This document shows, piece by piece, positions 1-15,968 of a stretch of 64,000 bases of DNA. A model generated the notes under the pieces. The model saw only the letters and a program-made list of their open reading frames with translations. It was not told where the DNA came from and made no database searches. The first letter of the stretch is position 1. Every line of letters begins with the position of its first letter. Both the position numbers and the translations under genes were made by a program. This DNA comes from the human T2T-CHM13v2.0 reference genome, Homo sapiens: the NCBI RefSeq assembly GCF_009914755.1, contig NC_060925.1, one strand, 5' to 3'.

Positions 1-351
1 AACTCTGGTACACTCATGAGAATATAAGAGTAAAGGAAAAAAATTAGTATTATTATGAAAATAGTTTTGACCTCACAGAATCTCTGAAAAGGTCTCCAGG
101 ACCATTTGAGAATGATATTTTATGACATCAGTAGATAAATATAATTGTAAACTATGTAAAATTATTTTGCTGGTTTTCAAGTTCTGTTATGTAGTTTGTA
201 TTATTCTATACATAGCATTATGAAATTTGCTTTATTTACTCAATATGGGTTTTTATATTTATAAACTTCCAACATGAGCTCAAATTACTTTCGCTTTGTA
301 TGTTACATAATTATATCATGATATCATATTTTCCTAGTCTTTTTTTCATGG

Positions 352-779
352 TGCTATGGTTTGCATACGCTTTGTCTCTCCCAAAACTTATGTTGAAATT
401 TAGTTGCCAATGTAACAGTGTTGACAGGTAGAACCTTTACCAGGTAGGGCCTAATGGGAAGCTTTTATGTCCTGGTGGCTCCATCCTCATGAGTGGCTTG
501 GTGACCTTCTCACGGTAGTGAGTTCTCACTCTCAAGAGACTGGAATAGTTCTCTTGGGAATGGATTAGTTTCTGCAAGATAGTGTTTGGCCTGTTTGCAT
601 GTGTCCACTTTGCCTTTGACCTTCTTCCATGCCCTGCTCAAGCAGGAAAGCCCTTTCCAAAAGTCAGTGCCATGCCCTTGAACTTCCCAGCCTGCCAAAC
701 TGTGAACCAAATAAACCTCTTTTCTTTATAAATTACCCAGCCTCAGGGATTCTGTTATAGCAACACAAAATGGGCTAGA
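352..779 (+). mobile_element. MaLR solo LTR, MST family (MSTB-like)
   Basis: Starts TGCTATGGTTTG; ends with the typical ...AATAAACCTCTTTTCTTTATAAATTACCCAGCCTCAGG...GTTATAGCAACACAAAATGG; ~430 bp. Confidence 0.8.
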
Positions 780-869
780 TTGATACTTGAAATTTTGAAA
801 GTTTTTCCCTGTTACTAACAAAGTTTTAAAGAATATTCTTGTCTTTGTCTACTCTCAAGATTTTGTAAT

Positions 870-1250
870 AAATGGAGCTAGGTGGAAAATTGTCCTGTTG
901 AAAGAAATATGTTCCTTTGACTTTTCTAGATATTGCCAAATTGCTGTGCAGAGTAGCCTTGCCAGTTTACACATCCACCAGATGTATGAGAATTCCTGCT
1001 GTTCTACAAGGTTGACATTTGTTACCATCAGATTTTCAATTTTTGGTCAATTTCAAGGGTATAAAATTATTCATTTTTATTGCTTCAATTTGCATTTCCT
1101 AGATTACCAATACATTTTTTAGTCATTAATGTTTCTTCATCACTGCATTTTCTGTGCATTTCCTTTGCCAATTTTTTCAGTTGGGTTATTTATCATAAAT
1201 ATGTCACAGCTCTTCGTAAGTTCTGATTTCCAATCCTGTGTTGATCATAT
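870..1250 (-). mobile_element. Ancient L1M fragment (ORF2 3' region)
   Basis: Degenerate antisense L1 motifs (TATTGCCAAATTGCT, CCAGTTTACACATCCACCAG, TTTGCATTTCC). Confidence 0.55.
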
Positions 1251-1299
1251 GGGTGGTAGTTATCATATGTTTTTCTAAATGAAGCATTTACTTATTTAG

Positions 1300-1530
1300 G
1301 AGGCACCTAGAGAGTCAGAGCCCAGTCTCTGGAGGCCAACCGGTTGAGTTCAAATCCTGATTTGCAATTCTTTATATATTCTGAGTATTAAATCTATTGC
1401 CAGTTATCTGCATTGCAAAATCTTTACTCATGAGGAACCTTGAGTAAGTCTCCCTGTGCTTCAAGGTTGCTATGAGAGTTAAATTAATTAACATATATAA
1501 AGCATTTAAATAGCACCTGTCAGTAGAAGG
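1300..1530 (+). mobile_element. MIR SINE interrupted by a ~65 bp L1-derived insert
   Basis: GAGTTCAAATCCTG...ACCTTGAGTAAGTC...AAAGCATTTAAATAGCACCTG MIR core, split at 1358-1423. Confidence 0.6.
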
Positions 1531-1771
1531 GGTTTTGTATGTGTCTCCTATAGCTGAAGTGCTGGTTGCCTGCCTTCTAGAACTCATTCTCTCCCTCTCC
1601 AGACATAACCCATGTACTAAAAGGTGTATAACCTCATAGTTTATGTTTTCCTATATTTATCTTAGGGGTATATTTTTATAATGAAGTTTTCACAAATAGA
1701 ATCAGATTGTATTTACCATGCTTCAGCTTGTGTTTCTTAGTTAACATTTCCAATATAGTTTAAATCTTATA

Positions 1772-2025
1772 ATTATAGCTAATGTTTATGGAGAGCTTGC
1801 TATATGAAAGCTATGTGATCTTTATATAGCAATCATTTAATGTTCACAGTGGTGCTCTGAAGTAGGTGTATTACTCTGTATAGTCCTTGCTTTGCAGGTG
1901 AAGAAACTGAAGAACAGTAATCTTAAGTAACTTGCCTAAAGTCACACAGCTATGAAGTGCAAGAGCCAGCATTCTCAACCAGGCAGTCTAGCTCTAGAAC
2001 TTGCACTTGTAACCACATGCTGTAT
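1772..2025 (-). mobile_element. MIR SINE
   Basis: GAAGAAACTGA...TTAAGTAACTTGCCTAAAGTCACACAGCTA is the antisense MIR core. Confidence 0.8.
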
Positions 2026-2049
2026 ACCTAGAATAAGATACAAAGAAGA

Positions 2050-3641
2050 GTACACAATAACGTATTATATGCACAAGAATCTACCACCTAGCTTAATCAA
2101 AACCTATTATTGTGCCACGTTCATTTTAAGGTTTTTTTTTTTTAAAGAAATAGAATATTACAGATACAATTGTGACCTTCTTCATCCTCAGGGGGAATTA
2201 CTATTGTAAATTGTGTGTTTATCATTTCCATGCATATTTTTATGCTTTACTGCATATATGTGGATCCATTTAAATTATATATTGTTGTGTATTTTTCAAA
2301 ATTTATATAAGTGCCACAAAACTGGAGTACCATTTAGCAATATCCTTGTTCAACTACTATTTATTATATTTATTCATGTTAATACATAGATATGCTAATA
2401 TTCAACTACAATACTCCATTGTAGCTGAATAATATGCTATGTTTATCCTTTACCTGTTGATGGACATTTAGTTTATTTCTCACATTTTGCTACTGAAAAC
2501 AGCACTGCAGGAAACATTTTGTATAGGTTTCTTTGTGCATGTATAACAGAGTTTCTCCAGAGTGTGTACAGCAAAGTAAAATTGTGAGGTCAGAGTTATG
2601 AGCATATTTGGCTTTTAAGAGCATGTTACACCAAATTAAATTTATTCTAGAAATGTGTAAGCAGTGTTTAAAGGCTCACTATTCTATATTCTTACTAACA
2701 CCTGCTATTGAAGATTTTAAATACTTTTTCAATCTAATGCTTATGAAGTGGATGGTATCTTTTTATGGTTTTATTGAGTAATTTTCTGCTTTCTAGTGAG
2801 GGTGACCATATTTTCATATTCAAGTGTCCTCTTCACTAAATTGCTGCTCATTGTGTTCACTAACTTTTCAATTGAATTGTCTTTTCTGTATTGATTTGTA
2901 ATTCTTTATATAGTCTGGATAAATCCTTCGTCTATTATCTGTATTGCAAAATCTCCCTTGCTGTGGTTTTTATTTGCACTTTGTTTGTGAGGTCTTTTTT
3001 GTTTGTGCAAGTTAATATTTATGAATGATTTTACTCATGGTTTATACTTTTTCATATATACATATTTCTTGTCTAAGAAGTACTTCTGTAGTCTGAGATT
3101 ATAAAGATATTCTTCTACTATTTTGAAAATTTTAAACATTTCCTTTATGCATTTAGTTATTTAATCCCTGAAATTTGTCTGTAATGATAATAGACCTCTA
3201 ATGCTAATATGAAGTACATCTCTAATTCTAGTTTTTTTCGGTATTAAGTAATCTCATTAACTGCAGTGCATCTTGTCAGTTTTCAAAATTTCACATACAC
3301 ATAGGTTTGTTTCTTTTACTATCCACTGAATCTCCCTGTAATTAAGTGCCACACAACCTTAGTTACTCTAGCTGTACTATAAGTCTCACTTCCTAACAGG
3401 TCAAATCCTCTATTTGGCTTTCTTCTTAGTCATGTCAAATATACTTGTCCATAGTTCTTTAATATTAATTTTAAGATGAACTTGTCAAGTTTTGTAGAAA
3501 CGCTTTTTGAGATTTTGATTAAACATAGCTTACTTTTTCATATTCTTCTGAGGGAAAAGTCAACAAATGTATCATAATGAGTTCTCTAATATGTGAACAT
3601 GATATGTCTCTCCATTTATTCATTTCCTCTTTTATGTCCCT
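2050..3641 (-). mobile_element. Ancient L1M (L1ME-like) 3' end and ORF2; continues at 6047-6070 and 12233-12530
   Basis: Antisense L1 3'UTR/ORF2 motifs (GATGGACATTTAG, GAACATGATATGTCTCTCCATTTATT); colinear across the later insertions. Confidence 0.65.
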
Positions 3642-4166
3642 TGTGATTGTCAATTATATGAGTCAACCTGACTGGGCCACAGGGTGCCTGGATATTTGCT
3701 CAAACATTATTCTGAGTGTGTCTCTGAGTGTGCTTTTTGATGAGATTACCATTTGACTTAGTAAACTAACAGTAGACTGAGTAAAGCAGATTGCTTTATT
3801 CAGTGTGGGTGGACCCCATGCAATCAGTTGAAAGCCTGAATAGAAAGAAGGCTGACCCTTTTACAAGGAAGAGGGAATTCCTCTTGCCTGACTGCTTCAG
3901 CTGGGATAACAGCTTTCTTCCTGCCTTCAGATTAAAATTGAATCATTGGTTCTTCCTGCGTCATGAACTTACTGGCCTTTGGACTATAATAGAACTATAC
4001 CATCAGCTGTCTTGGGTCTCCAGCTTGTCAGCTGAAGATCTTGGGACTTGTCAGCCACTATAATCATGTGAGTCAATTTCTTATAAGAAATCATACACAT
4101 ACACACACACACATACATACACACACACACACAGGATCTGTTACTCTGGAAAACTCTGACTAATAT
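3642..4166 (+). mobile_element. ERVL LTR, MLT2 family (MLT2B/C/D-like); 5' LTR of the chimeric element
   Basis: TGTGATTGTCAATTATATGAGTCAACCTGACTGGGCCACAGGGTGCC start, internal (CA)n, end ...GAAAACTCTGACTAATATA followed by PBS-like GATTTTGGT. Confidence 0.85.
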
Positions 4167-5641
4167 AGATTTTGGTGGAGATGGGGTGGTTGAAGGAGTT
4201 TTGAGGACCATGCTAGTAAAACATTAGATTACTGTGAAGGGACTGTTGATAGAAATATGGATGTTAACGATGATTCTGGTGAGGGCTCAGAAAGGTAAGA
4301 AGAGAATTGAAGAGAAAGCCTCCATCTTCTTAGAAAATAAGTGAATAATCATGAACAGAATGTTGGTATAGGTATGGACAATACCTATACCATTCTGGTG
4401 CCATTCTGGTGGTCTCAGACAGAAATGGGGAACAAGTTATTGGAAATTGGAGGGAAGATGATTCCTCTTATAAAGTGACAAAGAACTTCGCTGAATTGTG
4501 TTCTAGTGGAATGCAACTTAGTTGCAAGCAACTAAGTTGGATATTTAGCTGAGGAATTTTCTAAACAAAGTGTTGAAAGAGCAGCTTAGTTTCTACTTAG
4601 TGTTTACAGTAAAATGTGAGAGAAGAAAGATAAATTGAAAGAAGTGGTAAGCAAAAGGAAACCAGAACTTAAAAATTTGGAAATTTCTCAGCATTTGTAT
4701 GTTATGAAAAATGAGGAAACATTCTGGAGAGAACAACAAAGATGTGGTTGGACAATCGCTCCATAAAGAGGTTATCCATGATGTTAATGAGCCATCTCAG
4801 CAGAAGCCAGGGATAGAGATGAGATTATACTGGCAGAGACACTGTCAGTATGGACCAAAGGGGACAGTGTTAAACAGTAGAGCTGTTTGGTTGTGAACAT
4901 GCTTCATCCTGCAAGAAAAGGGAAGAATGACCTGAAGGTGAGCCAGAGATTATCAGGGCTACCACTTCCACCATGGGATCATGGGTCAAAACTGCCTCTA
5001 CCTCATTTTCAAAGGCTAGGGCCACTACCACAGTTTCACTGGCCAGGCCGCATCACCTGGAGCCTTGGAGGTAAGGCTCCCTAGAGCCTTGGGAGCAATG
5101 CCACCTAGTAGCTTGGGGTTGGAACCACCTGGCATACATTCAGGGGTGGGACCATTGCCCCAGTGGGTCTGAGAGGCAGGAGCAATTTCCCATTGGGTCC
5201 AGAAGGTAAGGTAGAGCCCAGTGGGTTCAGAAGGCAGTACATTGAGCCAAAGAGGATTGTTCCTGAGCCTTAAGATTTAGTGTAACTTGCCTTGATAGGT
5301 CTTCACCTTCCTTGGGACCAATCATCCCTCCCTTCTTTCTATCTCTCTCTTTTGAAATGGGAATGTCTATCCTGTGCCTGTTTCTTCATTGCATTTTTGA
5401 CACACATAAACTTGTCTTGTTTGACAGGTTCACAACTGGATAAGAATTTGCCTCAGCATGATTTCACCTTGAGTCTCAACTATATCTGATTTAAATCATA
5501 TTTATATGAAACTTTGGGCTTTAGACTTTAGAGTTGATGAGTTGATGCTGAAATTAGTTAAGACTTTGGAGGTTGTTGGGATGAAATGAAGGAATTTTGC
5601 ATTTGAGAAGGACATGAATTCTGGAAGTGCTAGGGGTGGAA
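4167..5641 (+). mobile_element. MaLR internal region (MLT1A/MST-int-like), non-coding relic
   Basis: MaLR-int motifs GATTCTGGTGAGGGCTCAGA, GGATATTTAGCTGAGGAATTTTCTAA, GCCATCTCAGCAGAAGCCAGG and end TGAGAAGGACATGAATT...GGGGTGGAA (PPT). Confidence 0.75.
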
Positions 5642-6046
5642 TATCCTGGACTGAATATTTGTACCCCCCACCCCAATACATATGTAAATAATTAAGGTTA
5701 AATTATGTAATAAGAGTGCTGCCCTGATCCAATAGGATTAGTGGCCTTTAAAGAAGAGATACCAGGGAGTGTGCTCACTCTTGCTCTCTCTCTATCTCCT
5801 CTCTCTTCTCTCTCTCTCCTCTCTCTTTCTCCCCCTCTCCTGTGTGTGTGTGTGCACATTGGAAAGATCATTTAAGGACACAACAAGAAGCCAGCCATTT
5901 ACAAGTTAGGACGAGAATTCCCAAAGAAACCAAATTTCTGGCACCTTGATCAGGACTTCTAGCCTCCAGAAATGTGAGAAAATGCATTTCTGTTGTTTAG
6001 GCCACTCAGTCTGTGGTATTTTATTAGGGAAGCCCAAGCTAATACA
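5642..6046 (+). mobile_element. MaLR LTR MLT1A-like; 3' LTR of the chimeric element
   Basis: TGGACTGAATATTTG start; GGACTTCTAGCCTCCAGAAATGTGAGAAAATGCATTTCTGTTGTTTAGGCCACTCAGTCTGTGGTATTTT...TAATACA end; followed by TCCCT matching 3637-3641. Confidence 0.85.
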
Positions 6047-6298
6047 TCCCTCAATACTAATTTTGTATTTTTTGTTTGTTTGTTTGTTTGTTTTATTATA
6101 CTTTAAGTTCTAGGGTACATGTGCACAACATGCAGGTTTGTTACATATGTATACATGTGCCATGTTGGTGTGCTGCACCCATTAACTCGTCATTTACATT
6201 AGGTGTATCTCCTAATGCTATCCCTCCCCACTACCCCAACCCCACGACGGGCCCCGGTGTGTGATGTTCCCTTTCCTGTGTCCAAGTGTTCTCATTGT

Positions 6299-10141
<3,843 letters not shown>

Positions 10142-10189
10142 TTATTTTGCTCATTCGTTGATGCAGTTTCTTCCTAGCATCGATGGTCT

Positions 10190-11209
10190 TTACAATTTGG
10201 CATGTTTTTGCAGTGGCTGGTACCATTTGTTCCTTTCCATGTTTAGTGCTTCCTTCAGGAGCTCTTGTAAGGCAGGCCTGGTGGTGACAGAATCTCTGAG
10301 CATTTGCTTGTCTGTAAAGGATTTTATTTCTCCTTCAATTATGAAGCTTAGTTTGGCTTGATATGAAATTCTGGGTTGAAAATTCTTTTCTTTAAGAATG
10401 TTGAATATTGGCCCCCACTCTCTTCTGGCTTGTAGAGTTTCTGCTGAGAGATTTGCTGTTAGTCTGATGGGCTTCCCTTTGTGGGTAACCAGACCTTTCT
10501 CTCTGGCACCCTTAACATTTTTTCCTTCATTTCAACTTTGGTGAATCTGACAATTATGTGTCTTGGAGTTGCTCCTCTCGAGGAGTATCTTTGTGGCATT
10601 CTCTGTATTTCCTGAATTTGAATGTTGGCCTGCCTTGCTAGGTTGGGGAAGTTCTCCTGGATAATATCCTGCAAAGTGTTTTCCAACTTGGTTCCATTCT
10701 CCCTGTCACTTTCAGGTACACCATTCAGACGTAGATTTGGTGTTTTCACATAGTCCCATATTTCTTGGAGACTTTGTTTGTTTCTTTTTACTCTTTTTTC
10801 TCTAAACTTCTCTTCTCACTTCATTTCATTCATTTGATGTTCAATCACTGACTCTTTCTTCCACTTGATCGAATCGGCTACTGAAGCTTGTGCATGCATC
10901 ATGTAGTTCTCGTGCCATGGTTTTCAACTCCATCAGGTCATTTAAGGTCTTCTCTATGCTGTTTATTCTAGTTAGCCATTCATCTAATGTTTTTTCAAGG
11001 TTTTTAGCTTCTTTGTGATGGGTTCGAACATTCTCCTTTAGTTCAGAGAAGTTTATTACCGATTGTCTGAAGCCTTCTTCTGTCAACTCATCAAAGTCAT
11101 TCTCTGTCCGGCTTTGTTCTGTTGTTGGCAAAGAGCTGCGTTCCTTTGGAGGAGAAGAGGCGCTCTGATTTTTAGAATTTTCAGCTTTTCTGCTCTGGTT
11201 TCTCCCCAT
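10190..11209 (-). pseudogene. L1 ORF1p, frameshifted
   Basis: MGRNQSRKAENSKNQSASSPPKERSS start; fragments 10841-11209 and 10459-10749 (NFPNLARQANIQIQEIQR); stop at 10190. Confidence 0.93.
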
Positions 11210-11796
11210 CTTTGTGGTTTTATGTACCTTTGGTCTTTAATGATGGTGACGTACAGATGGGGTTTTGGTGTGGATGTCCTTTCTGTTTGTTAGTTTTCCT
11301 TCTAACAGTCAGGACCCTCAGCTGCAGGTCTGTTGGAGTTTGCTGGAGGTCCACTCCAGATGCTGTTTGCCTGAGTATCACCAGCGGAGGCTGTAGAACA
11401 GCAAATATTGCAGAACGGCAAATGTTGCTACCTGATCATTCCTCTGGAAGCTTCGTCCCAGAGGGGCACCCGGCCGTATGAGGTGTCAGGTGCCCCTACT
11501 GGGAGGTGCCTCCCAGTTAGACTACTCGGGGGTCAGGGACCCACTTGAGGAGGCAGTCTGTAGGTTCTCAGATCTCAAACTCCATGCTGGGAGATCCACT
11601 ACTCTCTTCAAAGCTGTCAGGCAGAGACGTTTAAGTCTGCAGAAGTTTCTGTTGCCTTTTGTTCAGCTATGCCCTGCCCCCAGAGGTCTACAGAGTCTAT
11701 AGAGTCTACAGAGGCAGGCAGGCCTCCTTGAGCTGCAGTGGGCTCCACTCAGTTCGAGCTTCCCGGCCTCTTTGTTTACCTACTCAAGCCTCAGCA

Positions 11797-11898
11797 ATGG
11801 CGGACACCCCTCTCCCAGACTTGCTGCCACCTTGCAGTTCGATTTCAGACTTCTGTGCTAGCAGTGAGCAAGGCTCCATGGGCGTGGGACCCTCCTAG
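11797..11898 (+). pseudogene. L1 antisense ORF0 homolog, truncated at 33 aa
   Basis: MADTPLPDLLPPCSSISDFCASSEQGSMGVGPS* aligns to the recalled primate L1 ORF0 start MAGAPPPASLPPCSLISDCCASNQRDSVGVGPS; premature TAG. Confidence 0.75.
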
Positions 11899-14160
11899 CC
11901 ATGCATGGGATATAATCTCCTGGTGAGCCATTTGCTAAGACCATTGGAAAAGCGCAGGATTAGGGTGGGAGTTTCCCGATTTTCCTGGTACCGTCTGTCA
12001 CGGCTTCCCTTGGCTAGGAAAGGGAATTCCTCAACCCCTTGTGCTTCCCGGGTGAGGTGATGCCCTGCCCTACTTCAGCTCATGCTCCAGGGGCTGCACC
12101 CACTGTCTGACAAGCCCCAGTGAGATGAACCCAGTACCACAGTTGGAAATGCAGAAATCACCCATCTTCTGCGTCGCTCACACTGGGAGCTGTAGACTGG
12201 AGCTGTTCCTATTCGGCCATCTTGGAACCCTCTGTATTTTGTTTTTGATAGAGATTTTACTCATCTTTTACTAGGCTTCTTCTTAGATGCTTTTAGATTT
12301 TGTTACTATTGTGGATAATTTCTTTTAAAATATTTTATAATTGGATATTACCAGCTCACAGAAATGCCTCTGAGTGTTTACACTTATTTTTGTATTCAGA
12401 AAACTTACTGAACTCTTGGATTTACCATATTGACAATTATATTGTCCTGTAACTTTGTAGCTTGTTTTCTAGTTTTTTTAAGTCTTCATTAAATTTTTCT
12501 TGGTTACTGCATTAGCCAGAATCTCCTGAATTGATTTGAGTGTCTCTTTTACTTTTGTTTATGGTTTCTTACCTTTATATTTTGCTCAAGATTCTAGAAG
12601 TGTTCCTTTCATTTATTCTTCAATCACTTTATTGGTTCATTTTTATTTTCTAAGATGTCCTTTTTCTTTCTTTTTTATAAAATCATGCTCTTATTTTAAA
12701 GATATAATATTAATTAATCTCTGAGTTTATTTCTTAAATGTCTTTGAGCACAGTGACATCAATTTATTTTTTAATTTTCTTCTACATCTTGAAACATGTT
12801 TTTAATAGTTTTTTATGTATAACTCACATACTATAAAATTCTTCTATTTAATATGTACAACTCAATGTATATTAGTACATGGTATCTGTGCAACTATCAC
12901 CACAGTCCATTTTAGAACACTTTAATGACTTCAAAAGACATACCATACCCCTAGTTTTACTTGCTATTCCCCCCTCCACCCAGCACCATGCAACCACTAA
13001 TCTACTTTCTGTCTATAGATGTGCCTATTCTGGACATTTCATGTAAGTAAAAGCATACAATATGTGGTCTTTTGTGAACATCTTCCTTGACTTGGCATAA
13101 TGTTTTCAAGGTTCATCCAATTCATCTATTTTTTCTTTTGCTACTCATGCTTTTGATGTCCTATCTAAGAATCCATTGCCAAGTCTGAGGTCATGAAGAT
13201 TTATCCTTGTGTTTTCTTCTAACAGTTTGGTAGCCTTAGACCTTATGTTTTGGTCTTTGATCCATTTTGAGTTAATTTTTGTGTATGATGTGAGAAAGGG
13301 TCTAACTCATCCTTTTTTGTGTGGATACCCAGTTGTGCCAGCATCATTTGTTGAAAAGACTACTCTTTCTCAATTGTATGGTATTGGCAACTTGTCAAAA
13401 ATCAGTTAACCATAGATGTATGGGTTTATGTCTGGATTCTCAACTCTATTTTCTTGATCTACATATCTGTTCTTGTGACAGCACCCAATGTATTGATTGC
13501 TATTTTTTTCAAGTAAGCTTGGAAATCAGAAAGTGTGACTCCTTCTATTTTGCTTTTCTTTTTGAAGATTGTTTTGGCTATCCAGGGATCTTTGTAATTC
13601 CATATGAATTTTAGAGTCTGTGTATTGATTTCTATAAAAACATCAGTGAGAATTCTGGTAGGAATTGCACTGACTAGGTAGATTAATTTGGGGAAGTATT
13701 GCCATTTAACAGTGTTAAATTTTCTCATCTAGTAACATGGTATCCTTTTTCATTCATTTAAATCTTATTTAATTTCTTTCAGCATTTTAGTTTTTAGAAT
13801 GTAACTTTTGCACTTCATTTGTTGAATTTATTCCACAGTATTTTATTATTTTTTATGCTATTGTAAATGGAACTGTTTTCTTAATTTCATTTTCAGACTG
13901 GTCATTTCAAGTATATAGAAATGCAATTGATTTTTTATCCTGCTAGTTTGCTGAACTCATTTATTAGTTCTAATAGCTGTTTAGTGGATTTCTTAGGACT
14001 TTCTGTATACATGATTATGTATCTGTGAATAAAAATAGTTTTACTTTTTCCTTTCCAATTTGGGTACCTTTTATTTCTGTTTCTGTTTCAATTGCTTTGG
14101 CTAGAACCTCCAGTCTAATGTTGAATGAAACTGATGAGAGCAGATATCTGTGTCTTTCTT

Positions 14161-14469
<309 letters not shown>

Positions 14470-14770
14470 TGAGTGGGAAGGCATCCATTCTTTCACTGTT
14501 AAATATAATATTTGTTATGGGTTTGCATACATACCCTTATCAGGGTGATAAAGTTCACTTCTAGCCTTAGGTTTGTTGAGCGCTTTAATATGAAAGAGTG
14601 TCACATATTGTCAATTTTTTTTGGTTTGCTTTGGGTTTTTTTTTCGAGGATTTTTGCTTTATATTTCATTCACAATACCAATTTATGAATGTTAAACCAA
14701 CCTTGTATTCCTATAATAAGTCTCAGTCTCACTTAGTTATGGTGTATAATTGTCTTTATAAATGTTCCTG

Positions 14771-14772
<2 letters not shown>

Positions 14773-14803
<31 letters not shown>

Positions 14804-15089
14804 CAGTTAAACAGGGTCTCACCCTGTTGCCCAGGCTGGAGTGCAGTGACATGAGCATGATTCACTGTAGCCTCGACCTTCCAGGAACAAGCAGGCCTCC
14901 CACCTTAGCTTCCTGAGTAGCTGAGACTATAGGCATGCACCATTATGCTCAGCTAATTTTAAATTTTTTGTAGAGACAGGGTCTCACTCTGTTTCCCAAG
15001 CTGGACTCAGAACTTCTGGCCTGAAATGATCCTCCCACCTCAGGCTCCCAAAGTGTTGGGATAACAGGCATGAGCCATTGTGCCCAGTC
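14773..15089 (-). mobile_element. AluJ
   Basis: Diverged dimer with J-type GATCCTCCCACCTCAG motifs and long T tail. Confidence 0.9.
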
Positions 15090-15968
15090 CCTGGATTTTG
15101 TTTGGTATTATTTTATCGAGAATTTTTGCACCCATTTTTGTAAGAAGTATCATTCTATAGTTTTCTTGTGAATGACTTTGTCTGGTTTTCTTATCGAGGT
15201 AATGCCGCCCTCATAGAATGATTTGAGAAGTGTTCCTCATTTTTTTGGGTTTTTTTTGGTTTATTGTTTGTTTGTTTGACTAATAAAATATCTTTACTCA
15301 TTATGTATCTATTTAAATGGCCTATTTCTCTTGAATTAGTTTCAGTAGTTTGTGTCTTTCTGGCAATTTGTCCATTTCATCTAAGTTATCTGATTTATCT
15401 GCATACAATTGTTCTTAGTATTCCCTTATGATACTTTATATTTCTGTAAAGTTGGCCTTAATTTCCTTGTTTCATTTCTGATTCTAATCATTTGAGTTTT
15501 CTCTTTTTCTTCTTGGTCAGTCTAGCTACTAAAAGTTTGTTAATTGTATTGTTCTCTTCAAGTGAATAGCTTTTCGTTTCATCCATTTTTCTCTATTGTT
15601 TTTCTATTCTCTATATCAGTAAGTTCCACTGTAATCTTAATTTCTTCCTCCTTATTTTTTAGGTTTGGTTCTTTTCTCGGTGTCTTATGGTAGAAGATTA
15701 GGTTTCTGATTTGATATGTGTCTTCTTTCTTAATACAGGCATTTATAACTATAAACTTTCCTCCAAGCACTGTTTTAGCTGCACTCCACATATTTTTTTT
15801 TCATTTTTTTGTAAGTGTGTCTTCATTTTCATTCATCTCAAAGTATTTTCTAATTTCTCTTTGGTTTCTTCTTTAATCCCTTGGTTATTTAAGACTATTT
15901 TATTTACTTTACACATATTTATGAGTTTCCCAAAATTGTTTTTGTTATTGATTCCTAAATTCAGATCC

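Noticed and set aside
1-115. Possible hAT-Charlie DNA transposon end (TATTATGAAAATAGTTTTGACCTC...TTTGAGAA)
   Set aside because: Resembles a recalled Charlie-type terminus, but it is truncated by the window edge and too degenerate to assign.
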